A stretch of 64,000 bases of DNA from an uncultured Verrucomicrobiae bacterium. Its GTDB lineage: Bacteria; Verrucomicrobiota; Verrucomicrobiia; Chthoniobacterales; Chthoniobacteraceae. The stretch lies in the NCBI GenBank assembly GCA_963756185.1, contig CAVWMS010000001.1:11038-75037 (forward strand), given 5' to 3'. This document shows positions 50,274-61,825 of the stretch, piece by piece (position 1 is the stretch's first letter; every line of letters begins with the position of its first letter). The notes below the pieces were generated by a model. The model was not told the DNA's origin and searched no databases. It worked only from the letters and a program-made list of their open reading frames with translations. The position numbers were made by a program, and so were the translations under genes.

Positions 50274-51619
50274 AAGGGTTGCTCGCTCACCTGTTGCTGA
50301 CGCTGCGGCTCAACTTCCGGGCCCGCCAGGCCCTGGTTTACGGCTACCTGGTGCCGGTCTTTTTCCTGCTCGCGTTTGGCAGCGTCTTTCATTCCTCGGT
50401 GCCGCCGCTGCTGCATGAGATGGGGCAACTGGTGACCATTACCATCCTGGGCGGCGCATGTTTCGGGATGCCGACGGCGATGGTGGCGGAGCGGGAGCGC
50501 GGCGTGTGGCGGCGTTACCGGCTGCTGCCGGCTTCGACGGCTGGGCTGATCGTGAGCGCCATGGTGGCCAGGTATCTCATTGTCCTGCTGGCGGTGCTGA
50601 TGCAATTCGGGCTCGCATGGTGCCTCTATCGCACGCCCTTTCCCGCGCACCCGCTTGGGGAACTGGTTGCGTTTACCGCGGTCTGCTTCGCGTTTCTGGG
50701 GATGGGATTGATCATCGCGATGCTGGCGGGCGCGGTGCCTGCGGTGCAGGCGCTCGGGCAGGCGATTTTTCTGCCGATGATCATGATCGGCGGCGTCGGC
50801 GTGCCATTGCGCGTCCTGCCGGCCTGGGCGCAGCGCGTGGCCGGCTATCTGCCCGGGCGTTACGCGGTCGAGGCGCTCGATGCCTCGTATCTTCCCGGCG
50901 GTCCGGGGCTGGCGGGATCGCGGTTCGCGATCGCGGCGCTCCTGGTCATTGGCGTCGCGGCATGCGTGGCCGGCTCGCGGATGTTTCGATGGGATGCCGG
51001 GCAGAAATTGTCACCCGGCGCGAAGCCATGGATCCTCCTCGCGCTCGCCGCATGGGCGGGCGTCGGCATCGTGGCGGACCGCACCGGGCGGCTGGCCGTT
51101 CCCATCGATACCGCGCCGGCGCCCGGCCCCGTCGCCGCCTTCACCTCCGGGCCATGGCAGCAGGTTACCCTGGCTCAAATCGATAGCGTCAGCTTCGAGC
51201 ATTTGCCGCCGGATGAAGACACCATCGCGCCGATCGAGAACCACATGGAACTGCTGTCGCCGGCCTCGAAGGCGCGCGTCGAGGGCATCCGCAAACAGTT
51301 GCCGGACTGGCCGCCCGGCCGGCAGGGCGACATCGTCCGGCGAGTGCACAACTATCTCTATGCCGCGTCCGTGTTCGATATCCTGGAGGACCCCGACGAA
51401 GGAGCGGCGGCCCGGGTTATCCTGGATTACATCCGCCAGTTGGCGCCGGATACCGACCTCGAGAAGATTTTGACTTACATCATCGAGCACCCGTCGGAAG
51501 GGCCGGCTATTGTCCAGGTCCCGGAATTGGGCGCGAAGGGAGAGATAACCGAAGACGCTGCGCGCGACCGGTCCGCGATGTACGCCACCAAGCTGCTGAA
51601 GCGAATCCTTGGCAAATAA
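50270..51619 (+). CDS. ABC-2 family permease with an about 180-aa C-terminal soluble extension.
   Basis: Six TM helices in the first about 260 aa. The C-terminal ...VSFEHLPPDEDTIAPIENHMELLSPASKARVEGIRKQLPDWPPG... is hydrophilic. Confidence 0.65.
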
Positions 51620-51676
51620 CGAAGCCGGAATCCGGGGGCCGATTTTCTTGCGCGGGGCTCCTTTTGGGCGCATAGT

Positions 51677-52222
51677 TTGCGCATGCGCGGCTCCCTCCTT
51701 ATTGCCTTGTTTTGCGCTCTGCTTCCGGTGCTTGCGTTTGCGGACCCGGATGTGCCGGCCTTGATGAACCAGGCGCAGCGCGCCTACCTCGCGGGGGATT
51801 ACCCGACGGCGACCGATCTATTCAACCAGGTCCTTGAAGCGGACCCTAACAATACGCTGGCGACCCAGTATCTTCGCAAGATCAAGCTGGCCGACGCGGG
51901 GGTGCCGCAGGACAAGAAAAAGAGCGCGATCGAGGGGGTCATGATTCCCAAGATCGAGTTCAAGCAGGCGTCGTTTTCGAGCGCACTCGATTTTCTCAAG
52001 CAGCAGGCCGCGGCGCAGTCGGTGGCGGTGTCGTTCGTGTCGGAATTGCCGCCGGCGCAATCGCAGCAACAGATTACACTGAGCCTGACTGAAATCCCGT
52101 TCCTGGAAGCGCTGAAGTATCTATGCCAGTTGGACGGGGCGACTTACAAGGTCGAGCAATACGCGATCGTCATTACTCCCGCGCCCGCCCCCGGCACGTC
52201 CGAAGCCGCGGCATCTCCATAA
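51677..52222 (+). CDS. Secreted protein with a TPR-like N-terminus and a secretin/TonB N-terminal (STN)-like C-terminal domain.
   Basis: The signal peptide is MRMRGSLLIALFCALLPVLAFA. The C-terminus has ...IEFKQASFSSALDFLKQQAAAQSVAVSF...ITLSLTEIPFLEALKYLCQLDGATYKV. Confidence 0.5.
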   Translation: MRMRGSLLIALFCALLPVLAFADPDVPALMNQAQRAYLAGDYPTATDLFNQVLEADPNNTLATQYLRKIKLADAGVPQDKKKSAIEGVMIPKIEFKQASFSSALDFLKQQAAAQSVAVSFVSELPPAQSQQQITLSLTEIPFLEALKYLCQLDGATYKVEQYAIVITPAPAPGTSEAAASP

Positions 52223-52242
52223 GTGGCAGCGGCCAAAGGATG

Positions 52243-52335
52243 ATCCGCAGATGAACGCAGATTTGCGCAGATTTTTGGATTAGTAAGTCAAAGGTCTCCG
52301 AAAAAATCTGTGTAAATCTGCGTTCATCTGCGGAT
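52243..52335. terminator. Long hairpin (about 34-bp arms, 24-nt loop) with U-runs on both strands, between the convergent 51677..52222 and truA genes. Probable bidirectional terminator.
   Basis: The left arm atccgcagatgaacgcagatttgcgcagattttt pairs with the right arm aaaaaatctgtgtaaatctgcgttcatctgcggat, with two mismatches. Confidence 0.5.
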
Positions 52336-52347
52336 ATAAATGATTTC

Positions 52348-53073
52348 TCAATAAATCACCCGGACGAGATACAATCCTTCGGCGGGGGCGGCGAAAGGAC
52401 ATTTGGTTGAGCCGGCGAGATAAGTTTCAATGCTCGATGCGGGGGCGGCGCCCTGGGCGGTTTTGATTAGTGCGCCGGTCATCAGGCGGACCATCTTATA
52501 TAGGAAGCCATTGCCTTGAAACCGGATGGTTATCAACGGGCCTTTCTTCCGGATGGCCACCTTGTAAATGGTCCGCACGGTATCATGCTCCGGTTTGCCG
52601 CGGTTGGCGGCGAAAGCCTTGAAATCATGCGCGCCCTCGAAGGCGCGCGCCGCGCGGCGCATGGCCTCGATGTCCAGCGCCATGGGCAAATGCCAGGCGC
52701 GGCGCAATTCAAACGGCGACAGCACGGGGCCGTTCCAAATCCGGTAATCGTAAATCTTCCCTTTGGCCGAATAGCGCGCGTGAAAATCGGCGCGGGCCGG
52801 GGCGCAACGCAGGACGCGGATTTCGCGTGGCAGATTCGCGTTGAGTGCGGCAGTCCAATCGATTCCCTGCCTGCGGGGCACGTCTGCATGGGCGCACTGG
52901 GCCAGGGCGTGCACGCCGGCGTCCGTGCGGCCCGCGCCGTGCACGGTTACGGGCTCGCCGCACAGTTTGGCGAAAGCCGCCTCGAGATGGTCCTGCACGG
53001 CGCCGCCTCCCTTCTGGCTTTGCCAGCCGCGGAAGCCGCTGCCGTCGTACGCGATGACGAGGCGCAGCCGCAT
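52348..53073 (-). CDS. truA: tRNA pseudouridine(38-40) synthase.
   Basis: MRLRLVIAYDGSGFRGWQSQ and ...VHGAGRTDAGVHA... with the catalytic Asp. Start trimmed to abut ruvX. Confidence 0.8.
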   Translation of the reverse strand: MRLRLVIAYDGSGFRGWQSQKGGGAVQDHLEAAFAKLCGEPVTVHGAGRTDAGVHALAQCAHADVPRRQGIDWTAALNANLPREIRVLRCAPARADFHARYSAKGKIYDYRIWNGPVLSPFELRRAWHLPMALDIEAMRRAARAFEGAHDFKAFAANRGKPEHDTVRTIYKVAIRKKGPLITIRFQGNGFLYKMVRLMTGALIKTAQGAAPASSIETYLAGSTKCPFAAPAEGLYLVRVIY

Positions 53074-53501
53074 CACCCGTTGCGCATCGCCTCCGAGTCC
53101 AGGTAGCCCTGCAGGATCATCTGCGCGGCCACCTGGTCGATCACCGGGCGGCTCTTCTTCACGTTCAACCCCATCTCGTGGAGCGCCTTTTGCGCCGCCA
53201 CGGAAGTCATCCGCTCGTCCCAATATCGCACTTCGCAACCCGGCGCCGCGGCGCGCAATTTCTCGCCGAATTCCTTCGCCTTGGCCGCGGCGGGGCCGTG
53301 GGAGCCATCCATGTTGCGCGGCAATCCGACCACGGTGGTGTCAACTTTCTCCCGCTCGATGATCCGCGTGATATGCTCGAGGAGGGCGCCCAAGCTCTTC
53401 ACCTTCACCGTCTCGAGCGGATGCGCCAGCATCCCGAGATCGTCCGAGAGCGCCAGCCCAACGCGCGCCGCGCCCAGATCGATTCCCAGCGCCTTCATCA
53501 T
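53073..53501 (-). CDS. ruvX: Holliday-junction resolvase-like nuclease RuvX/YqgF.
   Basis: MKALGIDLGAARVGLALSDDLGMLAHPLETV...VVGLPRNMDGS... Start at MMKALG. Confidence 0.75.
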   Translation of the reverse strand: MMKALGIDLGAARVGLALSDDLGMLAHPLETVKVKSLGALLEHITRIIEREKVDTTVVGLPRNMDGSHGPAAAKAKEFGEKLRAAAPGCEVRYWDERMTSVAAQKALHEMGLNVKKSRPVIDQVAAQMILQGYLDSEAMRNG

Positions 53502-53509
53502 AGGGCGGA

Positions 53510-54649
53510 TTACTGCAACTCCGGCGGCACCTTTCCCACCAGTTGCTTGATCTTTTCCGCCACGCTGCGATGGGCCACCAGCAGCGCGTCGTCGGTTTGC
53601 ACCACGATCAAATCGCGCACGCCCATCAGCGCCACCTGTCCCGGCCGCGTCGTGTAAACAATGTTGCCCGCGGCGTCGAGGGTCGAAAGGCGCTCGGTAT
53701 TCGCGGCGTTCTGGTCCGCGTCCTGCCGCAGGTATTTCGCGATCGCCGTCCAGCTTCCGACGTCGTCCCAATCAAAACCGGCCTCGACCACCAGGACGCG
53801 CCCGGCTTTCTCCATGATCGCGTAATCGATGGAAATCTTCGGCAATTGATGGAACCGTTCAGCGATGATCGCCGCGGCGTCGCTCCCTGCGTGCAACGCC
53901 GAGACGAACGTGGCCATCGGCTCGGCGTGAGTCTCGAAGGCGGCCAAAATCGCGGAGATCGGCCAGACGAACATCCCGGCGTTCCACCGAAAATGGCCTT
54001 GCTTGAGGAATTGCTCAGCCAGTTCGGCATTCGGTTTTTCGCGGAAACGGACGACCTCGTGAACGGCCTGTCCGCCCGCGTCGTCCGCCAGTTTTACCGG
54101 CTTGCCCATCTCGATGTAACCGAAACCGGGGCAGGGCCAGGTGGGCTTGATGCCGATGGTCACCAGCTCGCCTGTCTCCCGCGCGGCGGCCACGGCGGTG
54201 CGCAGCGTCCGCTGGAAGGCCTCGCGATCCTGGATCAAATGGTCCGCCGGCAGCACGATCATGGTCGCCCTCGAGTCGCGCAGCGAGATGAGGCCGGCGC
54301 CTAGGGCGATTGCCGCCGCCGTGTCGCGCTTGGCCGGCTCGGCGACGATGTTTTCCGGCGGCAGCCCCGGGGCCAGCGCGCGGACCGCGGCCTCCTGCTC
54401 GACATTGGTCAAAATGAGCACGTGATCCGGCGCCGTGAGCCCCTCGAGCCGGGCCAGCGTCTCCTCGAGCAGGCTGGCCCCGGAGAAGAGGGAAAGGAGC
54501 TGTTTTGGGCGGCTTTTCCTCGAGAGCGGCCAGAAGCGTTCCCCGCTGCCGCCGGCCAGAATGAGCACATAAATGGAAGAAGTCGTGGTCACCGTGTATG
54601 GATTATGCTTAATTACAGCCGCACGAGGGAATTGAAGACCCGCGAGCAC
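53510..54649 (-). CDS. manC: Mannose-1-phosphate guanylyltransferase.
   Basis: Nucleotidyltransferase signature ILAGGSGERFWPLSRKSRPKQLL, ...GIKPTWPCPGFGYIE... The true start may be slightly downstream of 54649. Confidence 0.75.
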   Translation of the reverse strand: MLAGLQFPRAAVIKHNPYTVTTTSSIYVLILAGGSGERFWPLSRKSRPKQLLSLFSGASLLEETLARLEGLTAPDHVLILTNVEQEAAVRALAPGLPPENIVAEPAKRDTAAAIALGAGLISLRDSRATMIVLPADHLIQDREAFQRTLRTAVAAARETGELVTIGIKPTWPCPGFGYIEMGKPVKLADDAGGQAVHEVVRFREKPNAELAEQFLKQGHFRWNAGMFVWPISAILAAFETHAEPMATFVSALHAGSDAAAIIAERFHQLPKISIDYAIMEKAGRVLVVEAGFDWDDVGSWTAIAKYLRQDADQNAANTERLSTLDAAGNIVYTTRPGQVALMGVRDLIVVQTDDALLVAHRSVAEKIKQLVGKVPPELQ

Positions 54650-54693
54650 CCGCTTTCGAGTTTATTTTCACCCGTCGCCCCGAAAAAGAACCT

Positions 54694-54981
54694 ATGCCCG
54701 CGACACGTCCAAAGCAGATAGAAGTAACCAGCCTGGTAGCCGTCACGCAGGCCGCCGTTGGCTGCGGCATCGGCCTGCTGCTGGCCAATCGACTCAAGGA
54801 GACCTCCCGCAAGGTGACGGGCTGGGTCATGGTCTCGCTGGGAGTGGCCTCGGTGACGCCGCTGCTGGTGGGATTTTTTGCGCGGAACGCCAATCACCCG
54901 GGCTCGGCGCGCGCGATGCGGCGCCGGCTCGATTCCATCCGGCAGGACTCGGGCTTTTCCGAGAGCGCGGATGTTTTTTGA
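54694..54981 (+). CDS. Small hypothetical membrane protein.
   Basis: Two hydrophobic helices (LVAVTQAAVGCGIGLLLA, VMVSLGVASVTPLLVGFFA). Confidence 0.35.
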   Translation: MPATRPKQIEVTSLVAVTQAAVGCGIGLLLANRLKETSRKVTGWVMVSLGVASVTPLLVGFFARNANHPGSARAMRRRLDSIRQDSGFSESADVF

Positions 54982-55067
54982 GGGGCCTGTCGGGCTTCCA
55001 GTGATTTTCGCGGCAGGCGGCCCGCGCGCAGCTTGAATCTCCGGGGCCAAGCGTTACTATCGTCCCA

Positions 55068-57476
<2,409 letters not shown>

Positions 57477-57571
57477 GAAGCGCCTTCCTCTTGATCCCCG
57501 TATGAAACGCACGCCGCTCCACCACTTCTTCTCGAGATATCCGTCCGCGGGGCGTGCCTCAAGGTAGCCCA

Positions 57572-58609
57572 ATGGTCAATTCCGTAGGCAAAAGGCTTCA
57601 GCAAGCGCGTCTCGGCAAGCAACTGTCGGTGGAAGAGGCGGCCCGGGTCACGCGCATCCGGCCGGACAAGCTGATCGACCTCGAGGAGGATAATTATTCG
57701 AACTTCCCGAGCATGTCCTACGCGAAGGGCTTCCTGCTTCTCTATGCCCGGTTCCTGGGAGTGGATGTCCGCGATTTTGCCGATACGCTGCACGCGCCGA
57801 ACCCGGTCAGCAGCGACGATTATGAGTACTTGAACGCGGCGTCCCACCTGCCTCCGCCCGCGCCCACCCGCCGTCCCTATACTCCGACACCGGAGCGCAA
57901 GCGCACCATCCTGCCCGTGATCGTTTTCGCGGTGATCGTTTCGGGCATCGTTTACGTTTTGTACCTCTTCATTTCGTTTCAGAGGATCGTAACCAAGCCG
58001 GGCGGCCAGGAAGCGGCTTCGCCGACGGAATCGCCGGCGATTTCCACAATCGCTTCAACCGGCGAGTCCGCGCCCGCGGCGGCGACGCCGGCGCCACCCG
58101 CCGTGGCCGTCGAGGTCACGCCGGCCATTGTCGCCGCCACCCCGGTTGCGTCCACGCCTCCGCCGGTGCCCTCGCCATCCCCGGAGACCGCCGCCGCTTC
58201 TCCCGCGGCCGCCGAGTCGCCGTTTGCCTCGCCCGCGCCCGCCGGCACGTTCGATCCCACGCGCGAGGTGCGCCGGGCCGAGCCGGTAAATCCGACGCCG
58301 CCCGACAACACCGACGCCTCTCCCGCTCCGAACGGCTCCGGCCCGGAGCTTGCGGCAATCGCGCCCGCGTCAACTCCCGGCGACCTGAAGCAGGTTGCGA
58401 TCGTGCCGATCCGAAAAACCAAGGTGACAATTCGCCGGGATACGCCAGATTCCTCTCCCATTTTTGAAGACTGGCTCTATCCCGGAGACGGCCCGCTGAA
58501 GTTGACCGGACACAAATTCTGGATTCAGGTCTCGGACCCGAATTCGATCCAGGTCACGCAGGACGGCCAGCCGCTCCCGCCCGGGCAGAGCGACATCCAA
58601 ATCGAATGA
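57572..58609 (+). CDS. rodZ: RodZ-like cytoskeleton protein (N-terminal HTH, TM helix, Pro/Ala-rich spacer, C-terminal DUF4115-like domain).
   Basis: The HTH is VGKRLQQARLGKQLSVEEAARVTRIRPDKLIDLEED and the TM helix is ILPVIVFAVIVSGIVYVLYLFI. The C-terminus has ...LKLTGHKFWIQVSDPNSIQVTQDGQPL. Confidence 0.6.
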   Translation: MVNSVGKRLQQARLGKQLSVEEAARVTRIRPDKLIDLEEDNYSNFPSMSYAKGFLLLYARFLGVDVRDFADTLHAPNPVSSDDYEYLNAASHLPPPAPTRRPYTPTPERKRTILPVIVFAVIVSGIVYVLYLFISFQRIVTKPGGQEAASPTESPAISTIASTGESAPAAATPAPPAVAVEVTPAIVAATPVASTPPPVPSPSPETAAASPAAAESPFASPAPAGTFDPTREVRRAEPVNPTPPDNTDASPAPNGSGPELAAIAPASTPGDLKQVAIVPIRKTKVTIRRDTPDSSPIFEDWLYPGDGPLKLTGHKFWIQVSDPNSIQVTQDGQPLPPGQSDIQIE

Positions 58610-60012
58610 CCGCACTTTCCAAGGACGCGCCCGTGAAGATCGGAATGATCTCGCTCGGTTGCGCGAAGAATCTCGTCGACGCCGAGGTGATGCTGGGCGC
58701 CGCCGCGCGCCGCGGCATGCACGTGACCGCCGACGCGGGCGAGGCCGACGTGCTGGTGGTCAATACCTGCGCGTTCATCGATTCCGCCAAGGAGGAATCG
58801 GTTGACGCGATCCTCGACGCGCATCGCCGGCGGGGCCTGCGGAGAAAGCCGGGCCAGAAGCTGATCGTGAGCGGCTGCATGGCGCAGCGGTTCTCGAAGG
58901 AACTGGCCTCCGAATTGCCGGAGGTGGATGCGTTCATCGGGCTGGACCAGATTGGTCAATTGGGCGAGATCGCCGAGGGACTGCTCGCGGCGCCCTCGCC
59001 GGTGCACGATGACGAATGGCGCCCGCTCGATCTCGTGACGCGCAATTCCGTTTTCATTCCCGATTTCGACACGCCGCGCTTCCGGCTCACCGCTTCGCAC
59101 ACCGCCTACGTCAAGATCGCGGAGGGATGCAACCATCCCTGTTCCTTTTGCGTGATCCCCCGGATGCGCGGCCGGCATCGCAGCCGGACGATCGCCTCGG
59201 TTGCCGCCGAGGTTCGCAACCTGGTCGCGGAGGGGGTGCGGGAAATCAATCTCATCAGCCAGGACACGACTTACTTTGGGATGGACCTGTGGGAGCAGCG
59301 GGCAAACCCGACGCAGCCGGTCGATTCCTCGCGCGGGCCGACGCTGTCGGCGCTGCTGCGGGAGATCGAGAAGATCGAGGGCGACTTCTGGATCCGGCTC
59401 CTCTACACGCATCCGGCGCATTGGAGCGACGAGCTGATCCGTACCATCGCCGAGTGCCCGAAGGTGGCCCGGTACATCGACATGCCGCTTCAGCACATTC
59501 ACGACGCGATGCTCGGCGGGATGCGGCGCGAGACCTCGCGGCGGCACATCGAGGATTTGATCGCGCGGCTGCGCGCGGGCATTCCGGGGCTGGCGCTGCG
59601 GACCACGTTCATCGTCGGGTTTCCTGGCGAGACGGAGGAACATTTCGAGTCGCTGCTCGATTTCATGGCCGCGGTGCGCTTCGAGCGGCTCGGTGTTTTC
59701 ACTTACTCGCGCGAGGAGGGCTCGCGCGCGGCGAAAATGGCGGGGCAAATCCCCGCGAAGGTGAAACAGGCGCGCTTCAAGAAGGCGATGCGGCTTCAGC
59801 AGAAGATCGCGCGGGAAATCGCGGCGGGGCAGATCGGCAGGAAGCTGCGGGTGCTCGTCGAGAAGCCGCGGGCGGGCCGGACCGAGGCCGACGCGCCGGA
59901 CGTCGATACGCAGGTGGTGTTGAGCGCGCCGGCGCCGGTGGGGGAATTTGTCGATGTCCAGATCACGGGGTCGAATGTGTATGATTTGGTCGGGGAGCCG
60001 ATCATTGCCTGA
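58606..60012 (+). CDS. rimO: Ribosomal protein S12 methylthiotransferase RimO (radical SAM MTTase with TRAM domain).
   Basis: The MTTase N-domain IGMISLGCAKNLVDAEVM, the radical-SAM CNHPCSFC box and a C-terminal TRAM domain. Confidence 0.85.
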   Translation: MTALSKDAPVKIGMISLGCAKNLVDAEVMLGAAARRGMHVTADAGEADVLVVNTCAFIDSAKEESVDAILDAHRRRGLRRKPGQKLIVSGCMAQRFSKELASELPEVDAFIGLDQIGQLGEIAEGLLAAPSPVHDDEWRPLDLVTRNSVFIPDFDTPRFRLTASHTAYVKIAEGCNHPCSFCVIPRMRGRHRSRTIASVAAEVRNLVAEGVREINLISQDTTYFGMDLWEQRANPTQPVDSSRGPTLSALLREIEKIEGDFWIRLLYTHPAHWSDELIRTIAECPKVARYIDMPLQHIHDAMLGGMRRETSRRHIEDLIARLRAGIPGLALRTTFIVGFPGETEEHFESLLDFMAAVRFERLGVFTYSREEGSRAAKMAGQIPAKVKQARFKKAMRLQQKIAREIAAGQIGRKLRVLVEKPRAGRTEADAPDVDTQVVLSAPAPVGEFVDVQITGSNVYDLVGEPIIA

Positions 60013-60022
60013 TTTGCAGATG

Positions 60023-60055
60023 CGAAATTCGAAATTCGAAAATCGAAATTCGAAG
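60023..60055. repeat. Short tandem heptamer (CGAAATT)x4.5 upstream of murJ.
   Basis: The sequence is cgaaatt cgaaatt cgaaaat cgaaatt cgaag. Confidence 0.7.
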
Positions 60056-60157
60056 GAATGGGCGCGCCGGCGGCGCGCTTCCGATTGAACGAGACAAATC
60101 CTTGAGCGTTTTGTAATTCCGCCGCTCTCCCTTCCCGGTTATCAAACCGGGATTCCC

Positions 60158-61816
60158 GTGACCAGCAATCCGCCTCAACCCGCCCGCCGCGCCCGCGCCT
60201 CCGCCCTGATGGTGGGCGCGGGGATTTTTTTGAGCCGGATCGCGGGGTTGGTGCGCGAGATGATCTTTGCGCATTTTTTCGGCAGCTCGAACGCCGCGGG
60301 GGCGTTCAAGGCGGCGATCAGGATTCCAAATTTTCTCCAGAACCTGCTGGGCGAGGGAGTGCTCTCGGCCTCGTTCATTCCTGTTTATTCGAAGCTCCTG
60401 GCGCAGGAGGAAAACGATCTGGCGGGGCGGGTCGCGGGGATTGTCGGCAGCCTGCTGGCGCTGGTCGTCAGCATTATCGTGCTGCTGGGGGTGATCTCCG
60501 CGCCGTTCCTGGTGGATTATGTTTATGCGCCCGGGTTTCACCAGTATCCCGAAGTTCGGCAACTGACGGTGCGTTTGGTGCAGGTGATGTTTCCGGGGGT
60601 CGGGCTCTTCGTGATGTCCGCGTGGTGCCTGGGAATCCTGAACAGCCACCGGCTTTTCTTCATCTCCTATGTCGCGCCGGTTTTCTGGAACCTGGCGATG
60701 ATCGGCACGCTGCTGGGTTTTGGCGGCACGCGCGACCAGGATTCCTTCGCGGTCATCGTGGCCTGGGGATCGGTGGTCGGGGCGTTCCTCCAGTTTGCCG
60801 TCCAGGTTCCGTTCATTTACGGGCGTAAGACGGCGGATGGCCGCACGATTGGCTCGCACATTGTCTTTGGGCTCAACACCACGCTGACGCACGTACGCCA
60901 GGTGTTTCGCAGCCTCGGTCCCATCGTCATCAGCAGGGGCGTGGTTCAATTGAGCGCGATCATCGACGGCGTGATCGCGAGCTGGCTTGGGGCCAATGCC
61001 GTGGCGGACCTCAGTTACGCGCAGATTTTGTACCTCATGCCCATCAGCCTCTTCGGCATGGCGGTCGCCGCGGCGGAACTGCCCGAGATGTCGCGCTCGA
61101 AGGGGACGAAGGATGAAATCCACGCGCAGCTTCGGGTCCGGCTGATTGCCGGCAAACGGAATATCGCCTTTTATGTGATTCCGAGCGTCGCGGGGTTTTT
61201 GATTTTGGGCCGGCATATCGTCGGCGGTATTTTTCAGTCGGGCCATTTCAGCCCGCAGGATACGCTCTACGTCTGGTACATCCTGATGGGCTCGACGGTT
61301 GGATTGCTGGCGGCGACGTGGGGGCGGCTCTATTCCAACGCCTTTTACGCGCTCTTCGACACGCGCACCCCGCTCTATTTTGCCACCGTGCGGGTTACGC
61401 TCACAGCCGGCCTTGGCCTGCTCTTCGCGTTTCCCTTGCGGCCATACATCAGTTCCGTATTGCTTCACGCGTTGCACCTGCCCAAGCCTTCCCTGCCGGG
61501 CATCGACCTGGGCCTGGGCGCGGTGGGTCTGACGTTCTCCGCGGGGCTCTCCGGCTGGGTCGAGTTCCTGCTCCTGCGCCGGGCGCTCCAGGCGCGGATC
61601 GGCAACACCTCCCTGCCGGATCATTTTCCATCCAAGATCTGGGCCGCCGCGCTGGCCGCGGCTGCCGCCGGGTGGGGCGCCGGACATTTTGTGCACCTTG
61701 GTTTCCGCTGGGCGAATCTCGGCGCCATCCTTGCCGTGTTTGGCGTCGTTTACGCCGGCATCACACTGGCCGCCGGCCTGCCCGAAGCGCGCACGCTGCT
61801 GCGCCGCGGGCGGTAG
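60158..61816 (+). CDS. murJ: Lipid II flippase MurJ (MviN).
   Basis: N-terminal GIFLSRIAGLVREMIFAHFFG..AFKAAIRIPNFLQNLLGEGVLSASFIPV, about 14 TM helices. Confidence 0.85.
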   Translation: MTSNPPQPARRARASALMVGAGIFLSRIAGLVREMIFAHFFGSSNAAGAFKAAIRIPNFLQNLLGEGVLSASFIPVYSKLLAQEENDLAGRVAGIVGSLLALVVSIIVLLGVISAPFLVDYVYAPGFHQYPEVRQLTVRLVQVMFPGVGLFVMSAWCLGILNSHRLFFISYVAPVFWNLAMIGTLLGFGGTRDQDSFAVIVAWGSVVGAFLQFAVQVPFIYGRKTADGRTIGSHIVFGLNTTLTHVRQVFRSLGPIVISRGVVQLSAIIDGVIASWLGANAVADLSYAQILYLMPISLFGMAVAAAELPEMSRSKGTKDEIHAQLRVRLIAGKRNIAFYVIPSVAGFLILGRHIVGGIFQSGHFSPQDTLYVWYILMGSTVGLLAATWGRLYSNAFYALFDTRTPLYFATVRVTLTAGLGLLFAFPLRPYISSVLLHALHLPKPSLPGIDLGLGAVGLTFSAGLSGWVEFLLLRRALQARIGNTSLPDHFPSKIWAAALAAAAAGWGAGHFVHLGFRWANLGAILAVFGVVYAGITLAAGLPEARTLLRRGR

Positions 61817-61825
61817 AGATCCGGT

